Assembly: GCA_002269645.1 (NCBI GenBank) | Contig: NIVC01000465.1 | Coordinates: 62,001 to 126,000 of the forward strand | DNA from: Macrostomum lignano | Taxonomy: Eukaryota | DNA length: 64,000 bases | Direction of reading: 5' to 3' | Part shown: piece by piece, positions 16,447-30,046 of the stretch | Position numbering within the stretch: position 1 is the stretch's first letter | Layout of the letters: the number at the start of each line of letters is the position of its first letter | Translations under genes and position numbers: made by a program | Notes under the pieces: model-generated | Told to the model about the DNA's origin: nothing | Seen by the model: the letters and a program-made list of their open reading frames with translations, nothing else | The model's database searches: none

Positions 16447-18341
16447 ATGCCTGACGGCGTCAGGGAGCTCTCGCACCACTGGCCGGACAACTGTTCGGAC
16501 AAGTTCGAGAACCGTCTAAGATACGGAGTCGGTGCCACCAGGGCAATTGGTTCGCCTGCCATTGTGATTCTGGGCCTTCTCGGGAACGCTCTCACAATTG
16601 CAATCTTCTCACTGGAGGCTCGGCTGTCGCGATGGAACCGATTTGGTATCTGGTGTGTAGCTCTGGCGATATCGGACTCCAGCGTGCTTATCTTCAGCAG
16701 CTTCATCGACGACTTCCTTGGCAGAGGCTTGGCTCACATTTACGGTAGTGAGGTGCTGAAGCTCGATGCCTCTCATCCGATGAGTTGCCGACTGCTCGAG
16801 TACATGCAACACTCGACATTGTTCGCCTCGTCCTACCTGCTAGTGATATTCTCAGCTGACCGACTGCTGACAGTGAGTCAGCCGATGCGAATGATGACTC
16901 ACCGGTACGTGACTCAGTCTGTGGCTGCGGCAGTCTCTGTGGCAGTCCTCGGCCTGATTCTCATGTCCCCGGTGATCGCGGTCTATGGACTGGAGACCGC
17001 CGGCTACGAGGATGTCATGTCGTTTAGCTGTCGAATCGCTTTGAACTGCACCGATGGAGGACAGTCAAGCTCAGCAGCAAAGTACATCCTGTACTTTAAA
17101 GCATTCGGAATATTTGTTGCTCCATGCCTACTGCAAGCGGCACTCAGTGCAGCCATTGTTGCCAAGCTTATTCAGGTGAGACGCTTGAGACGCGACCTGC
17201 TGCCCGGCTCACACGATAAAGACTTGGCGATGTCGCGTTACTATGCCAACCTGGCGGTGTCCATCACCTTCTGTCTGCTGTCGAGTCCGCTCTGCGTAGT
17301 GATCGTGATGAGGACGGGCTGCGGCCTCTGCGAGCCTCGACCGAGCTGCCGGTGTCACGTCCTTGAACAGGCTGCCAAGCTGCTGGACTCCGTCAAGGTG
17401 CGTATACGCTCGATGTTGTCATGCTAGAAAAGCCAAAAAGACGTGATTTTTGAGTACTAGTTCTATTTTTTGTCACTAGTCCAGTGGGCTTCGAGCACTG
17501 CTTGCATCACTCCTTTGAGCTATGACAGAAATAATAGACCAGGTAGATAGATCTACATTACAGCGACATTGTCATTTAACTAGTGCTCAGGCAATTCAGG
17601 TCATTTCGCTTACTCCAGAGCACATGAGCACTCCTGTGTACAAGTGGTGGGTGCAGTACCATACACAGACACGAACTCATACACACTCACACAGGGAGCA
17701 TGAGCTGTCCCGACTTTTTTAATCGTCAGGCAAATGCACTCTGTGCCTATGGGGAGTCGGCCCACATGGATGTCAATCGCAACAACGACAACCCCAGGCC
17801 ATTTTTTATGCTCAAGTCCCAAATAAATGTGGAATCGAACCAGCTGGGTCTTGGCGCAAGAGCGTCAGACTCGTTTATCACTCAGCTGCTCTGCCGGGCC
17901 ACAATTCAGGAAGCGTACCCCAGCAAGGAAGTATGCAAGTTGTAATGTACGCAGCTATCATGCAGCATGCTAGGGTACTTCTATCGTTATTTTGAACCAG
18001 AAAAAGCATCTCTACAAACTAATCGATCAACCAAACTTCAGGACATCAGCTACGCCATCAACTTCTGGGTCTATCTGATATTCGTTCGCAGCTTCAGGCG
18101 TCGAGTTCAGCTCGCCCTGGCGTTCGCCTTTGTCCGACTCCGCCTTGTGGCGCTCTGCCCGAACTGGTCAGCCAGCCGAGCTGCCGCAGAGATGGTCGAC
18201 CGTTTGGAGATGAAGCGCAATCCAGGGGTGTTCCAGTCTCAGGCGGCAGTGGCTGCAGCGGCTCAGGCCACCAGCGGTAGAACGGGCAGTCTGGGCCAAC
18301 TGCACATGCAGATGTTGAAGGAGATCAAAGAGGAAGACTAG
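16447..18341 (+). CDS. Divergent rhodopsin-type (class A) GPCR of about 416 aa, peptide-receptor-like; exons 16447-17397 and 18042-18341
   Basis: TM1 GLLGN, TM2 ALAISD, TM3 Cys and DRL (DRY variant), ECL2 Cys. AAG|GTGCGT donor and TTCAG|GAC acceptor join LDSVK-DISYAINFWVYLIFVRSFRRR, which is colinear with the paralog at 27 kb. Confidence 0.9.
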
Positions 18342-18804
18342 CATAATTGAAGTAGCTTTACTGAACAGAAAAGTCCTAATAAAACTTCGAAATTCTTTGT
18401 TCAAATTCGGTCGATTCGATGTGTTCCTACCGAGAAATAAACGACACGTTCAACTTTCATCTTTGAGTCAATGCAATTTTTTTGACGCGGAAAGCTCAGT
18501 GCATACGCACTTGAATGAGGTGCAGTTAATGCCAGTAAATTGGACAAAGTAGCTAACATTTAAATTTAAAGCTGCAAACTTGCACTGTGCTATAGTGCTA
18601 TTCATATCATACTACTTTTTTAGTAGGAAGAACTGTCTGCAGTTATTTTCCGAAAGTTTGCATGCTTCTGTCAAGTGAATTCTAATGCTAAATATGTTTG
18701 TATACAAAATTTGGTAAAGTACAGAACCGCCTGGGCTACTGACTGCCTCGGGGTGGCAGGGGGGGTCACCGACCTTAACGCTAGGGCTCTAGGAAATCAA
18801 CGGC

Positions 18805-20831
18805 TGGCGCCCCTGGTGCTGGCGCGCCCCTAGTGCTGGCGCCCCTGGTGCTGGCGCGCCCCTGGTGCTGGCGCCCCTGGTGCTGGCGCCCCTGGTGCTG
18901 GCGCCCCTGGTGCTGGCGCCCCTGGTGCTGGCGCCCCTGGTGCTGGCGCCCCTGGTGCTGGCGCCCCTGGTGCTGGCGCCCCTGGTGCTGGCGCCCCTAG
19001 TGCTGGCGCCCCTGGTGCTGGCGCCCCTGGTGCTGGCGCCCCTGGTGCTAAAGCCCCTGGTGCTAAAGCCCCTGGTGCTGGCGCCCCTGGTGCTGGCGCC
19101 CCTGGTGCTGGCGCCCCTGGTGCTGGCGCCCCTGGTGCTGGCGCCCCTGGTGCTGGCGCCCCTGGTGCTGGCGCCCCTGGTGCTGGCGCCCCTGGTGCTG
19201 GCGCCCCTGGTGCTGGCGCCCCTGGTGCTGGCGCCCCTGGTGCTGGCGCCCCTGGTGCTGGCGCCCCTGATGCTGGCGCCCCTGGTGCTGGCGCCCCTGG
19301 TGCTGGCGCCCCTGGTGCTGGCGCCCCTGGTGCTGGCGCCCCTGGTGCTGGCGCCCCTGGTGCTGGCGCCCCTGGTGCTAAAGCCCCTGGTGCTGGCGCC
19401 CCTGGTGCTAAAGCCCCTGGTGCTAAAGCCCCTGGTGCTAAAGCCCCTGGTGCTAAAGCCCCTGGTGCTAAAGCCCCTGGTGCTAAAGCCCCTGGTGCTA
19501 AAGCCCCTGGTGCTAAAGCCCCTGGTGCTAAAGCCCCTGGTGCTAAAGCCCCTGGTGCTAAAGCCCCTGGTGCTAAAGCCCCTGGTGCTAAAGCCCCTGG
19601 TGCTAAAGCCCCTGGTGCTAAAGCCCTGGTGCTAAAGCCCCTGGTGCTGGCGCCCCTGGTGCTAAAGCCCCTGGTGCTAAAGCCCCTGGTGCTAAAGCCC
19701 CTGGTGCTGGCGCCCCTGGTGCTGGCGCCCCTGGTGCTAAAGCCCCTGGTGCTAAAGCCCCTGGTGCTAAAGCCCCTGGTGCTGGCGCCCCTGGTGCTGG
19801 CGCCCCTGGTGCTAAAGCCCCTGGTGCTGGCGCCCCTGGTGCTAAAGCCCCTGGTGCTAAAGCCCCTGGTGCTAAAGCCCCTGGTGCTAAAGCCCCTGGT
19901 GCTGGCGCCCTGGTGCTAAAGCCCCTGGTGCTAAAGCCCCTGGTGCTAAAGCCCCTGGTGCTAAAGCCCCTGGTGCTAAAGCCCCTGGTGCTAAAGCCCC
20001 TGGTGCTAAAGCCCCTGGTGCTAAAGCCCCTGGTGCTAAAGCCCCTGGTGCTAAAGCCCCTGGTGCTAAAGCCCCTGGTGCTGGCGCCCCTGGTGCTGGC
20101 GCCCCTGGTGCTAAAGCCCCTGGTGCTAAAGCCCCTGGTGCTAAAGCCCCTGGTGCTAAAGCCCCTGGTGCTAAAGCCCCTGGTGCTAAAGCCCCTGGTG
20201 CTAAAGCCCCTGGTGCTAAAGCCCCTGGTGCTAAAGCCCCTGGTGCTAAAGCCCCTGGTGCTAAAGCCCCTGGTGCTGGCGCCCCTGGTGCTAAAGCCCC
20301 TGGTGCTAAAGCCCCTGGTGCTAAAGCCCCTGGTGCTGGCGCCCCTGGTGCTAAAGCCCCTGGTGCTAAAGCCCCTGGTGCTAAAGCCCCTGGTGCTAAA
20401 GCCCCTGGTGCTAAAGCCCCTGGTGCTAAAGCCCCTGGTGCTAAAGCCCCTGGTGCTAAAGCCCCTGGTGCTGGCGCCCCTGGTGCTAAAGCCCCTGGTG
20501 CTAAAGCCCCTGGTGCTAAAGCCCCTGGTGCTAAAGCCCCTGGTGCTAAAGCCCCTGGTGCTGGCGCCCCTGGTGCTAAAGCCCCTGGTGCTAAAGCCCC
20601 TGGTGCTGGCGCCCCTGGTGCTAAAGCCCCTGGTGCTAAAGCCCCTGGTGCTAAAGCCCCTGGTGCTAAAGCCCCTGGTGCTAAAGCCCCTGGTGCTAAA
20701 ACCCCGGATGCTAAAACCCCGGATGCTAAAACCCCGGATGCTAAAACCCCGGATGCTAAAGCCCCTGGTGCTAAAGCCCCTGGTGCTAAAGCCCCTGGTG
20801 CTAAAGCCCCTGGTGCTAAAACCCCTGGTGC
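18805..20831. repeat. 15-bp minisatellite GCCCCTGGTGCT(GGC/AAA), about 135 copies, with a polarised shift in variant type
   Basis: GGC variant dominates 18.8-19.4 kb and AAA variant afterwards; four ACCCCGGATGCTAAA variants lie at about 20700-20760. Confidence 0.97.
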
Positions 20832-21279
20832 AACTTCAAGCCTGAAGATTTTTAAACGATATTTTAATTAACAAAACGATTTTCTAAATATTCTTATCAG
20901 ACTACTGTTTGGAAGAAGCAGTGGCTAGGGACCCGTATTGAAATTATTGCTAAATATGCGGAAATGAGTTTAAAAAAAGTCTCAATACCAATTTCGTAAC
21001 TTTGCAGTGTGCGAAAGGTCACAAAATTAATAATAATATACAACTCTTAATTTAAACGGAACTGGTAAAATGTCGATAAAAAACAGTTATATTGCTTTGT
21101 AAGAAACGGCTTATCAAAATCTAGGGTCATTAAAGTACGCCATTTTATTGTGGGAAATATAAAAAAGTAGATGGCGCTTATGACAGTTAGGAATTATTAT
21201 TGTACTGTATGCGGTAGCCTGGTTGCTGACATTAAGGAGCATTGATTACACCAGGGTGTACTAATTCTATGAAGTACGC

Positions 21280-21600
21280 TATGATTAATTCTGTGACTAC
21301 CTCGATCTATGACTAACTCTATGACTAACGCTATGACTAACTCTATGACTAACTCAATGAATAACTCAATGACTAACTCTATGACTAACTGTATGACTAA
21401 CTCTATGACTAACTGTATGACTAACTGTATGACTAACTCTATGACTAACGCTATGACTAACTCTATGACTAACTGTATGACTAACTCAATGACTAACTCT
21501 ATGACTAACTCTGTGGCTAACTCTATGACTCACTCTGACTAATTCTTGGGTGAAGTACATGACTGACTACATGACAAACTGTACAACCAACTGTATGACC
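21280..21600. repeat. 12-bp minisatellite (TATGACTAACTC)
   Basis: Visible periodicity. Confidence 0.9.
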
Positions 21601-22119
21601 AATATTTTTATATTTCTATTGAACGAAATATTTATATATTTCACCTATTATTAAAAAAACAATGGAGGAATTCAATTTTCGAGATGGAAGTCTCCAGAAA
21701 GGTCACCTGAACTCGGATGAATTCGATGCATCTGCAGTCATATAATTAGCATCTCTTTCCAATTTTCTAGCAATGGGAAGAGAGAATAGAAGAACCGCCT
21801 GAAGGCATTAATCTGCATAATATTACCTCTTATATGCTATGATCTGCCGATTGTGAAGTGCTCAGCACATTTTACTATTCCGCATCAAACTCCGATTTAA
21901 TGACACTGTATCTCATTTTAGACTGGCGTACGGGGTTAGAAGATTAGTCAGAAATTCTTTAACCTCAGGCAATACCACTGCAATGTCACTTAATTCATGT
22001 TTAGAAAAATCGAAGCCGAGTTTGATACAGTGACCGATTTGATGAATCTCTGAAATCTGCCTTGGAGCTGGCAGCATTGGTTTTTTTAGCATAGGCCTGT
22101 TAAGAGAAATTTTGACTCT

Positions 22120-22410
22120 TTGGGTTGGTGGGTTTGGCTGAGGGTGTGGTGGGCCGACTTATGGGGTGGTGGCTTTGGCTCGGATGTGGAGGGGTTGACT
22201 TTTGGAGCGGTGGGTTTGATTCGGGGTGCAAAGGGATTGACTTTATGGGCAGGTGGGTTTGGCTGGGGTGTGGAAGGATGAATTGACTTTTTGGGGAGGT
22301 GGGTTTGGCTGGGGGTGAGGATGGACAGACTTTTTGGGGGTGGTGGGTTGGCTGGGGGGTGAAGATGGACAGACTTTTTGGGGTTGGTGGGTTTGGCTGG
22401 GGCTGGGGTG
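22120..22410. repeat. Degenerate G-rich minisatellite of about 42 bp
   Basis: Recurring GACTTTTTGGGG..GGTGGGTTTGGCTGGGG. Confidence 0.75.
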
Positions 22411-23379
22411 AGTGTCTTCGGCAACATCGCCTCACACCAAGCGCTGAGCCAGTTCTGCCCATTCCGCTGATGCATGAGCACACAATCGCGCCAATTCTGT
22501 ACGCAGGTACCTGAATTTCTAATCATCAGGCATGTACACTCCTGTGCCTTGGGGGTTGACTTTTTCATGGGTGTGTGATGGGCACGACAACCCCCCATGG
22601 CCAATTTTCTAGGACAAGCCCCAAATGAATACAGCCTCGCACAGGGGGTCGTAACGCCAAAATCAGCTGAGCCCCCCCCCCTATCCCTATTTTAAAACGC
22701 CAAGTTATTCTGACAGAGCCAATTACCTCAGCCTTTCAAAACAGAATATGTCTAATTAACAAAGTACACAATTGCAACTTGTGCGTTTTCGGGACGTCTG
22801 TCTGCCTTGCACTTCTGTCTCCAACCAGAGTGTGCGACAATTCGTCACTAATATCGCCACCAAATTCCTAGAAAGTGAAGGCGCTTTATACCCGCATTGC
22901 CCGGCCCAGCCAGCAAATGCAAATCTCTGCGCTCAGCTTCTTCGCACCCCCCTGCATCTATAAGTCTGCTTGGACTTTACATAGCTAATCTCCATCACTG
23001 CACGGCCATCATCTTTGGGAGATTCCCGAGATTGAGACAAGCGGGAGAAAAAGGAAGGAAAGTTAATCGACGCAAGCCAACGAAAGAGCAGGGAGGCTCT
23101 TCTGGCTGTTCCTGTGGCAAGTGAAGCTGCACTCCATCTCTGAGCTGAGAAGGTCAGCTCCCAATGTGAGGTTCTCTCTTCCTAACTTCGCATGAGTCCA
23201 TTAGCCATGGAGTATACCAATTCTGTTTCTGCAGGCTGCTTTTAATTTTAGTCCATTTGTCTTCATCTTTCACTCGATTTCTACCGGCTGATTTCAATCC
23301 GTCTCAATCCATCTCACTTTTGTCTCCCTCTCTGTGTTAATTAAATAATTTCACCAGTGAATTTATTCGTCACAGAGTT

Positions 23380-23633
23380 CTAGTCTGTCTGTCCATGTCT
23401 GTCTGTCCATGTCTGTCTGTCCATGTCTGTCTGTCCATGTCTGTCTGTCCATGTCTGTCTGTCCATGTCTGTCTGTCCATGTCTGTCTGTCCATGTCTGT
23501 CTGTCCATGTCTGTCTGTCCATGTCTGTCTGTCCATGTCTGTCGGTCCATGTCTGTCGGTCCATGTCTGTCTGTCCATGTCTGTCGGTCCATGTCTGTCG
23601 GTCCATGTCTGTCTGTCCATGTCTGTCTGTCCA

Positions 23634-23682
<49 letters not shown>

Positions 23683-23705
23683 GCCTGTTTGTCCATGTTT
23701 GTTTG
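23380..23705. repeat. 14-bp (CATGTCTGTCTGTC)n / (TGTC)n satellite
   Basis: Visible periodicity. Confidence 0.93.
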
Positions 23706-24309
23706 TCTGTCCCTGCAGTAAAGTTTTTGTGCAACAATCCTAAATCATTGCGCATAATCAAACCCACACAGCGGCGTCTCATTTCTGGTTCTTTACGAGC
23801 GACCAATTCGAATCAAATAAGAAAAAGTTAATAGGAAAAGTTTTAGAACACAAAGAATGCAAGTAATGAAGGACACGAACCTTGCACCTCACCCCGAGAC
23901 ACCGAATGCAGGACAAACTGTAGATACAAGAATAATGAATGGGTTCTGCAGCTGCTTCTCAATCACAGTTTTTACCTGTTTCTAGTAAAGGAAATTGAAC
24001 TCGAGCTCAGGCCCGCAATCTAAAACCGCAGACTCTCAAAAGATGCAATTTCCTGTGGAAAACTGCCTCCAGGAAGCCTAAAAGCAATTTCGTTGAAAAG
24101 TATTCGGCGTGTAACTTCTTGTTTGAAGCGGAAAAAAGAAATGCAAAATTGATCTCCTTAAACTCGGTTATTTTCCTAGGATTCGCATTGCATTCAGTTC
24201 TCCGGAGTATTTCTTACAGAGGGTAGTTATCTGAATAAGGAGAAGTTTTAATAAGTAGTTTATTTGAAATTCTCACATCACTAGGAAAATTCTACTAATT
24301 GAGCGAATT

Positions 24310-25400
24310 CTGGTGTTAATTGTGGGGAATTCTATTGTTGATTGTAGAGAATTCTATTGTTAATTGTGGGGAATTCTATTGTTGATTGTAGAGAATTCTA
24401 TTGTTGATTGTGGGGAATTCTATTGTTGATTGTAGGGAATTCTATTGTTGATTGTAGGAAGTTCCATTGTTGATTGTAGGGAATTCCATTGTTGATTGTA
24501 GGGAATTCTATTGTTGATTGTAGGGAATTCTATTGTTGATTGTAGGGAATTCCATTGTTGATTGTAGGGAATTCTATTGTTGATTGTAGGGAATTCTATT
24601 GTTGATTGTAGGAAGTTCCATTGTTGATTGTAGGGAATTCCATTGTTGATTGTAGGGAATTCTATTGTTGATTGTAGGGAATTCCATTGTTGATTGTAGG
24701 GAATTCTATTGTTGATTGTAGGGAATTCCATTGTTGATTGTAGGGAATTCTATTGTTGATTGTAGGGAATTCTATTGTTGATTGTGGGGAATTCTAGTGT
24801 TCATTGTGGGGAATTCCATTGTTGATTGTGGGGAATTCCATTGTTGATTGTAGGAAGTTCCATTGTTGATTGTAGGGAATTCCATTGTTGATTGTGGGAA
24901 TTCTATTGTTGATTGTGGGGAATTCTATTGTTGATTGTGGGGAATTCTAGTGTTCATTGTGGGGAATTCCATTGTTGATTGTGGGGAATTCTATTGTTGA
25001 TTGTGGGGAATTCTATTGTTGATTGTAGGCAATTCTATTGTTGATTGTAGGCAATTCTAGTGTTGATTGTAGAGAATTCTATTGTTGATTGTAGGGAATT
25101 CTATTGTTGATTGTAGGCAATTCTATTGTTGATTGTAGGCAATTCTAGTGTTGATTGTAGGCAATTCTATTGTTGATTGTAGGCAATTCTAGTGTTGATT
25201 GTAGGCAATTCTAGTGTTGATTGTAGGCAATTCTATTGTTGATTGTAGGCAATTCTATTGTTGATTGTAGGCAATTCTAGTGTTGATTGTAGGGAATTCT
25301 ATTGTTGATTGTAGGCAATTCTATTGTTGATTGTAGGCAATTCTATTGTTGATTGTAGGGAATTCTACTTCTGATTGTGGGGAATGCCGCAGTTATCTGT
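24310..25400. repeat. 22-bp minisatellite (GGGAATTCTATTGTTGATTGTA), about 49 copies
   Basis: Visible periodicity; the translated ORF repeats every 22 aa (3 x 22 nt). Confidence 0.95.
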
Positions 25401-25781
25401 AGGGAATTCCATTGCTGGTAAATATTATGATTTACAAGCTGTAACTTCTTTGCCAGACTTAGGAGCCATCAGGGCCGTTTCGTTGTAAATGTGGCCCCCT
25501 GTTATTCTTCGTACTCTTGCCTGCCAGAGCCACTGCAGAGCATGACAGGCTGCCTACAATTTTTTATTAAATAAGCTGCACTCAAAATGGACCGAAAAAT
25601 CTGGCAAGACACGCGAAACTGGGGATGAGGGGGGAGGGGGGGCTGAGTGCCCGGACGGGGGAAAATTTACGGGAAGGCTTTGGGCGAGAGGTAACTGGCT
25701 GGGATGTGGGCCCCGTGTTAACTTAATTACCCCCGCGGCTGCCTCCCCTGCGGCATGATTTCACTGCCTGCCTCAGCTGCT

Positions 25782-26191
<410 letters not shown>

Positions 26192-26970
26192 GGCATGAGG
26201 GGATTTTTTGTTGATAATCATGCTACAAAACTACGAAAGACACACGGGGATTTTTGCCCAGAATGGGGTTATAAAAAGGGATTTTGGTTTTGGCTTCCTA
26301 AAAAGCTGAGATTAAGGGTATTTCTTCTGCTCCCTGATGCCTCTTTCGCAGATGAGGAAGCCCGGATAAGAAGGCCATCAGCAGAATGCCACAGTGAAGC
26401 TCTTTGAGCCACTCTGCCTTTCCTTGGGCGGGCGGCCGCTGGATGCCGCAGAGACTCAAGCGGGAGTCTTCAGCCACAGCTTGAGAGCCTCGTGGTAACT
26501 TGTAAAGCGACGCGCCCTAGCATGGGAGGAAATCCCAATCTCTGGTATGAGCAAAGAAAGCATTTTCGGCTTGAGGACCAACTAAGGGTTGAGGGGAGCT
26601 GCCGAGAGCCAGCCTAGATGGGGAATGAGTTTGACAAATTGCGGTTCCCATAAACTAAGCGCAGAAGGATGCAAGTTGCAGTGACTGACGCTGCGCTGAC
26701 AGAGCTGGAGAGGGCATCCCGAGTCGGGGGGAGCGGGAAATCCAGTTTGTCACTTGCTGGTGCACAGGCTGGAAACAGGACGGCACATCAGTAATTTCGA
26801 ATTCTTCTCCGGCAGGGCCCAAACTGAGCTATGAGTGAGCAGTTTCACTCCTATTGGTTGACGGGCTTCTGCCCACCCGAATTTCTTTGCTTATCCGAGA
26901 ATGAAACCTAAATATCGCGGATGCGGCTGACTGTCTGACCTAAAAATCTTCTTGCGCAAACAGGGAACGT

Positions 26971-28257
26971 TTGTTTGATAAAAATCACTACATCATTATG
27001 GACGATGCAGTTGGCATACTTCGCGGTTACGTCATGCCTGGCGTTGTACTTTTCGGACTGCTTGGCAACGTGACAACAATGGCCATATTCCTGCTGGAAA
27101 ATGCTGGAAGCCGTCGCTGGACCCGGTTCGCCGTGTATGGCATCGCTATAGCCGTCTCGGACACGTTTGCGCTGATTTTTAACACGTTTCTGGACGACTT
27201 TCTTGGCCGGGGACTCTGGTACGCGTCTGGCGGAGCAATTCTTATCAAGATTGACACTATATCCAGCGTCACCTGCAAACTGATGGAGTACATTCCCAGC
27301 GTGGCCTACTTCACTTCGTCTTATCTGCTCATCATATTCAGTCTGGACCGCACGCTGACCATATTCCGGCCGTTACAGTTTATGTCACATTTTTACATCA
27401 AACCTACTCTGCTGATTGTCGGGTTAACTTACCTGTGCGGCCTGACTCTGATGCTGCCGATGGCTCTCATTCACGATATTCAACTGCAGAACACTAGTAA
27501 AATTGGTCTCCAGCTTGAGCGCAAGTGCGAGCTTCAAGCACAGAGCGGCGTCAACCGGAGCCTGTCTCGCGTCATGCTCTACTTCATGACGTTCGGTTCG
27601 TTCGTTGTGCCGTCTGTCATTGTCTGCCTCCTGGGCGTTGTGATCGTGGCCAAGCTGACAGTGATTCGACGCAATAGAGCGAGTATCTTGCCAACAGCTG
27701 CCGACAATCAGATGGAGATGAGCAGGTTCTATGCCCACCTGACCCTGGCGATCGCCTATTGCATTCTGGTCCTCCCTCTGGCTGTCAGCATCTGCGTTCG
27801 CCAGGTGTTCGAGAGCCGGCCCGAGGCCTACCAGAAGCAGCACGCCAAGTACGCCGCTTTCCTGTCGCACAACTCTCGATTCACTTCGTCTGTGAAGGAT
27901 TTCAACTACGTGCTGAACTTCTGGGTGTACCTGGTGTTCGTGCGCTCGTTCAGGCGGCGATCGTTGCTTGTTGTGTCCCAGCTGCTGGTGGCCCTGCGCT
28001 GTCATCGACTCTGCCCCGGCTGCAGCTGCTGCCTGGCCGCTGAGGATCGGGTTCAACGACTTCGCGAGGCCAAAGGCAAGTCGATTAAATCGGCCCTGTA
28101 CAGACACCGTAGTCAGCAGCAGACGGCTGTTGCTCTGGCCACCAGGACCAGTCGAGGAAAAGCAGAGCAGCAGCATCAGCAGCAGCAGCAGCTTATCAAG
28201 CAGAAGGACTACCACAATCAACCTTCGCACACTGAGCTCACCGTGACCACTGTCTGA
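26971..28257 (+). CDS. Divergent rhodopsin-type GPCR, intronless 7TM coding region, paralog of 16447-18341 (first ATG at 26998; possible acceptor CAG at 26961-26963)
   Basis: Seven hydrophobic segments; GLLGN, IAVSD, DDFLGRGL, CKLMEY, DRT and NFWVYLVFVRSFRRR are shared with the upstream paralog; Gln-rich tail. Confidence 0.92.
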   Translation: MFDKNHYIIMDDAVGILRGYVMPGVVLFGLLGNVTTMAIFLLENAGSRRWTRFAVYGIAIAVSDTFALIFNTFLDDFLGRGLWYASGGAILIKIDTISSVTCKLMEYIPSVAYFTSSYLLIIFSLDRTLTIFRPLQFMSHFYIKPTLLIVGLTYLCGLTLMLPMALIHDIQLQNTSKIGLQLERKCELQAQSGVNRSLSRVMLYFMTFGSFVVPSVIVCLLGVVIVAKLTVIRRNRASILPTAADNQMEMSRFYAHLTLAIAYCILVLPLAVSICVRQVFESRPEAYQKQHAKYAAFLSHNSRFTSSVKDFNYVLNFWVYLVFVRSFRRRSLLVVSQLLVALRCHRLCPGCSCCLAAEDRVQRLREAKGKSIKSALYRHRSQQQTAVALATRTSRGKAEQQHQQQQQLIKQKDYHNQPSHTELTVTTV

Positions 28258-29842
28258 TGATCAACTTTGACAACTACATGCATCTGCTCCCCCTCTTTTG
28301 CTTGTCCATGCTCTCTGACACTCAAACACGAAAAAATGAAAAAACCACCAGAAAAATGTCTGAAAATTTTGTAGTTTAATGTTGTTCTTTCACAGAGTAG
28401 CATGTGTACTTTTGCACAGATTAGTCAAGCACTTTATAATATTATTATTGTTTTATTGTCAATGTAATTTTTGTGTGATTTTGTGACCCTAATTTTCTGT
28501 CACGCATAGAAGAGAAAGTGTTGTACAAAACGTTTTATGTTAACAAGTACAATGATAAAAATTTTAAATGATTATAACGCAATTATTAAACAACATTAGG
28601 CGTTAAACAACCTACATGGTTAAGAGCAACTACAGTTGTACCTTAGCTTATTACAATTTTTTTATCAATCCAACTCTTTAAAAACGGCTCACCTCATGCG
28701 GTGAGGTGTCTGTCGACCCTGCATGTTTTTGAAGATCTGCATGAACACCCAGAAAGTGCAGATAAATCCGTTCGAGCAATAACTCAGTGGTACCAATCTG
28801 TTTTTGTCCGAATCTAGATTCGAAACTGACCAATATATGACGAAAAGGTAAATAGAATTTGAACATGGAGCGAAGTTCACAGGATATAGTGACTAAGGTG
28901 CTGTGCAGTTTGGCTTGGTGTCAGCCGGAAAGACACCTATACTCAGCAACATTGAAAAGCCGCCACTCTACGCGCCTGTGAGCAATTTCTCTTTGATTTT
29001 TTCTGAAATAAAAGATGCAAGAAAACTGATCGGGGTAGCTTTAATCCGTCCAACCCCCGCACACCGCTCCCCCCCACTTAATTCCTCCTCTGTGATGGCG
29101 ACATTTCGATGTTGCTGAGTCTAATTTCTGTCTCCTAGTCTCGAACCAAGGTAACGAGCTGACTATGAGCTGAATTGTTGAATGCATTATTTAGTGTCAA
29201 TAATTGGTTGTCAATTAACGTTCTATTGATGCCAATTACATGAATTCTGCTATAGCTTGGCATTTAAAGTACATCGTACTTTGCGCACAAAAAAGAGTTT
29301 AACTAAAGTATTGAGCACATTAGCTTGTAAATGCAGTGCACAGTATAAAGTGGCAAAAAGGTTGTCAAGATGTTAACTGAGCTGACCGATTTCATCAAGC
29401 CTCTCTATTATATTTCTCTCAGGAAGCCTTTCTATCACGTAGAAACTAATTGCTATTAGATTTTAATGCAGAGAAAGTGACGCTATGAAAGGTACAGATA
29501 ATCTACAAGTACATAATGATAATCTAGCACTCTAATCACTGAGAGCGTCATTCCGCGGCACGTCATGGATACCTGCCCTACCGAATCCCTAGGGATTATG
29601 CAGGTAGTGCGCTTTAATCTGATTTCTAATCCCTACTTAGTTCAGCAGCTCAACCTCCCGTCTAACGCACCTGCAAAGGATTTAATCGATGCAGAGGATT
29701 AGCTGTCACAGACTCCGTTCATATTTCTGAGAAAAATTTTGCACTCCAAAGTTTCATTTCTTTTAAAAAAACCGTGAATGTAAATGCTTGATAAACATGT
29801 ACGAGACTCATCGATTCGGTGTTGAAAATATCCGAAATGGCT

Positions 29843-30046
29843 GTACTTACCTGACCTCTTCAGTCTCCTTATCTGACACCTCTTCAGTCTCCTTACCTGA
29901 CACCTCTTCAGTCTCCTTACCTGACACATCTTCAGTCTCCTTACCTGACACTTCTGCAGTCTCCTTACCTGACACTTCTGCAGTCTCCTTACCTGACCAC
30001 GTCTTCAGTCTCCTTATCTGACACCTCCTCAGTCACCTTACCTGAC
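29843..30046. repeat. 24-bp minisatellite (TCAGTCTCCTTACCTGACACCTCT), about 8 copies
   Basis: Visible periodicity. Confidence 0.9.

Noticed and set aside
22700-24240. Protein-like minus-strand stretches around 22.8-23.3 kb and 24.0-24.1 kb
   Set aside because: All frames are interrupted by stops and no family is recognised.
27424-28230. 268-aa minus-strand ORF
   Set aside because: It is the antisense shadow of GPCR 2.
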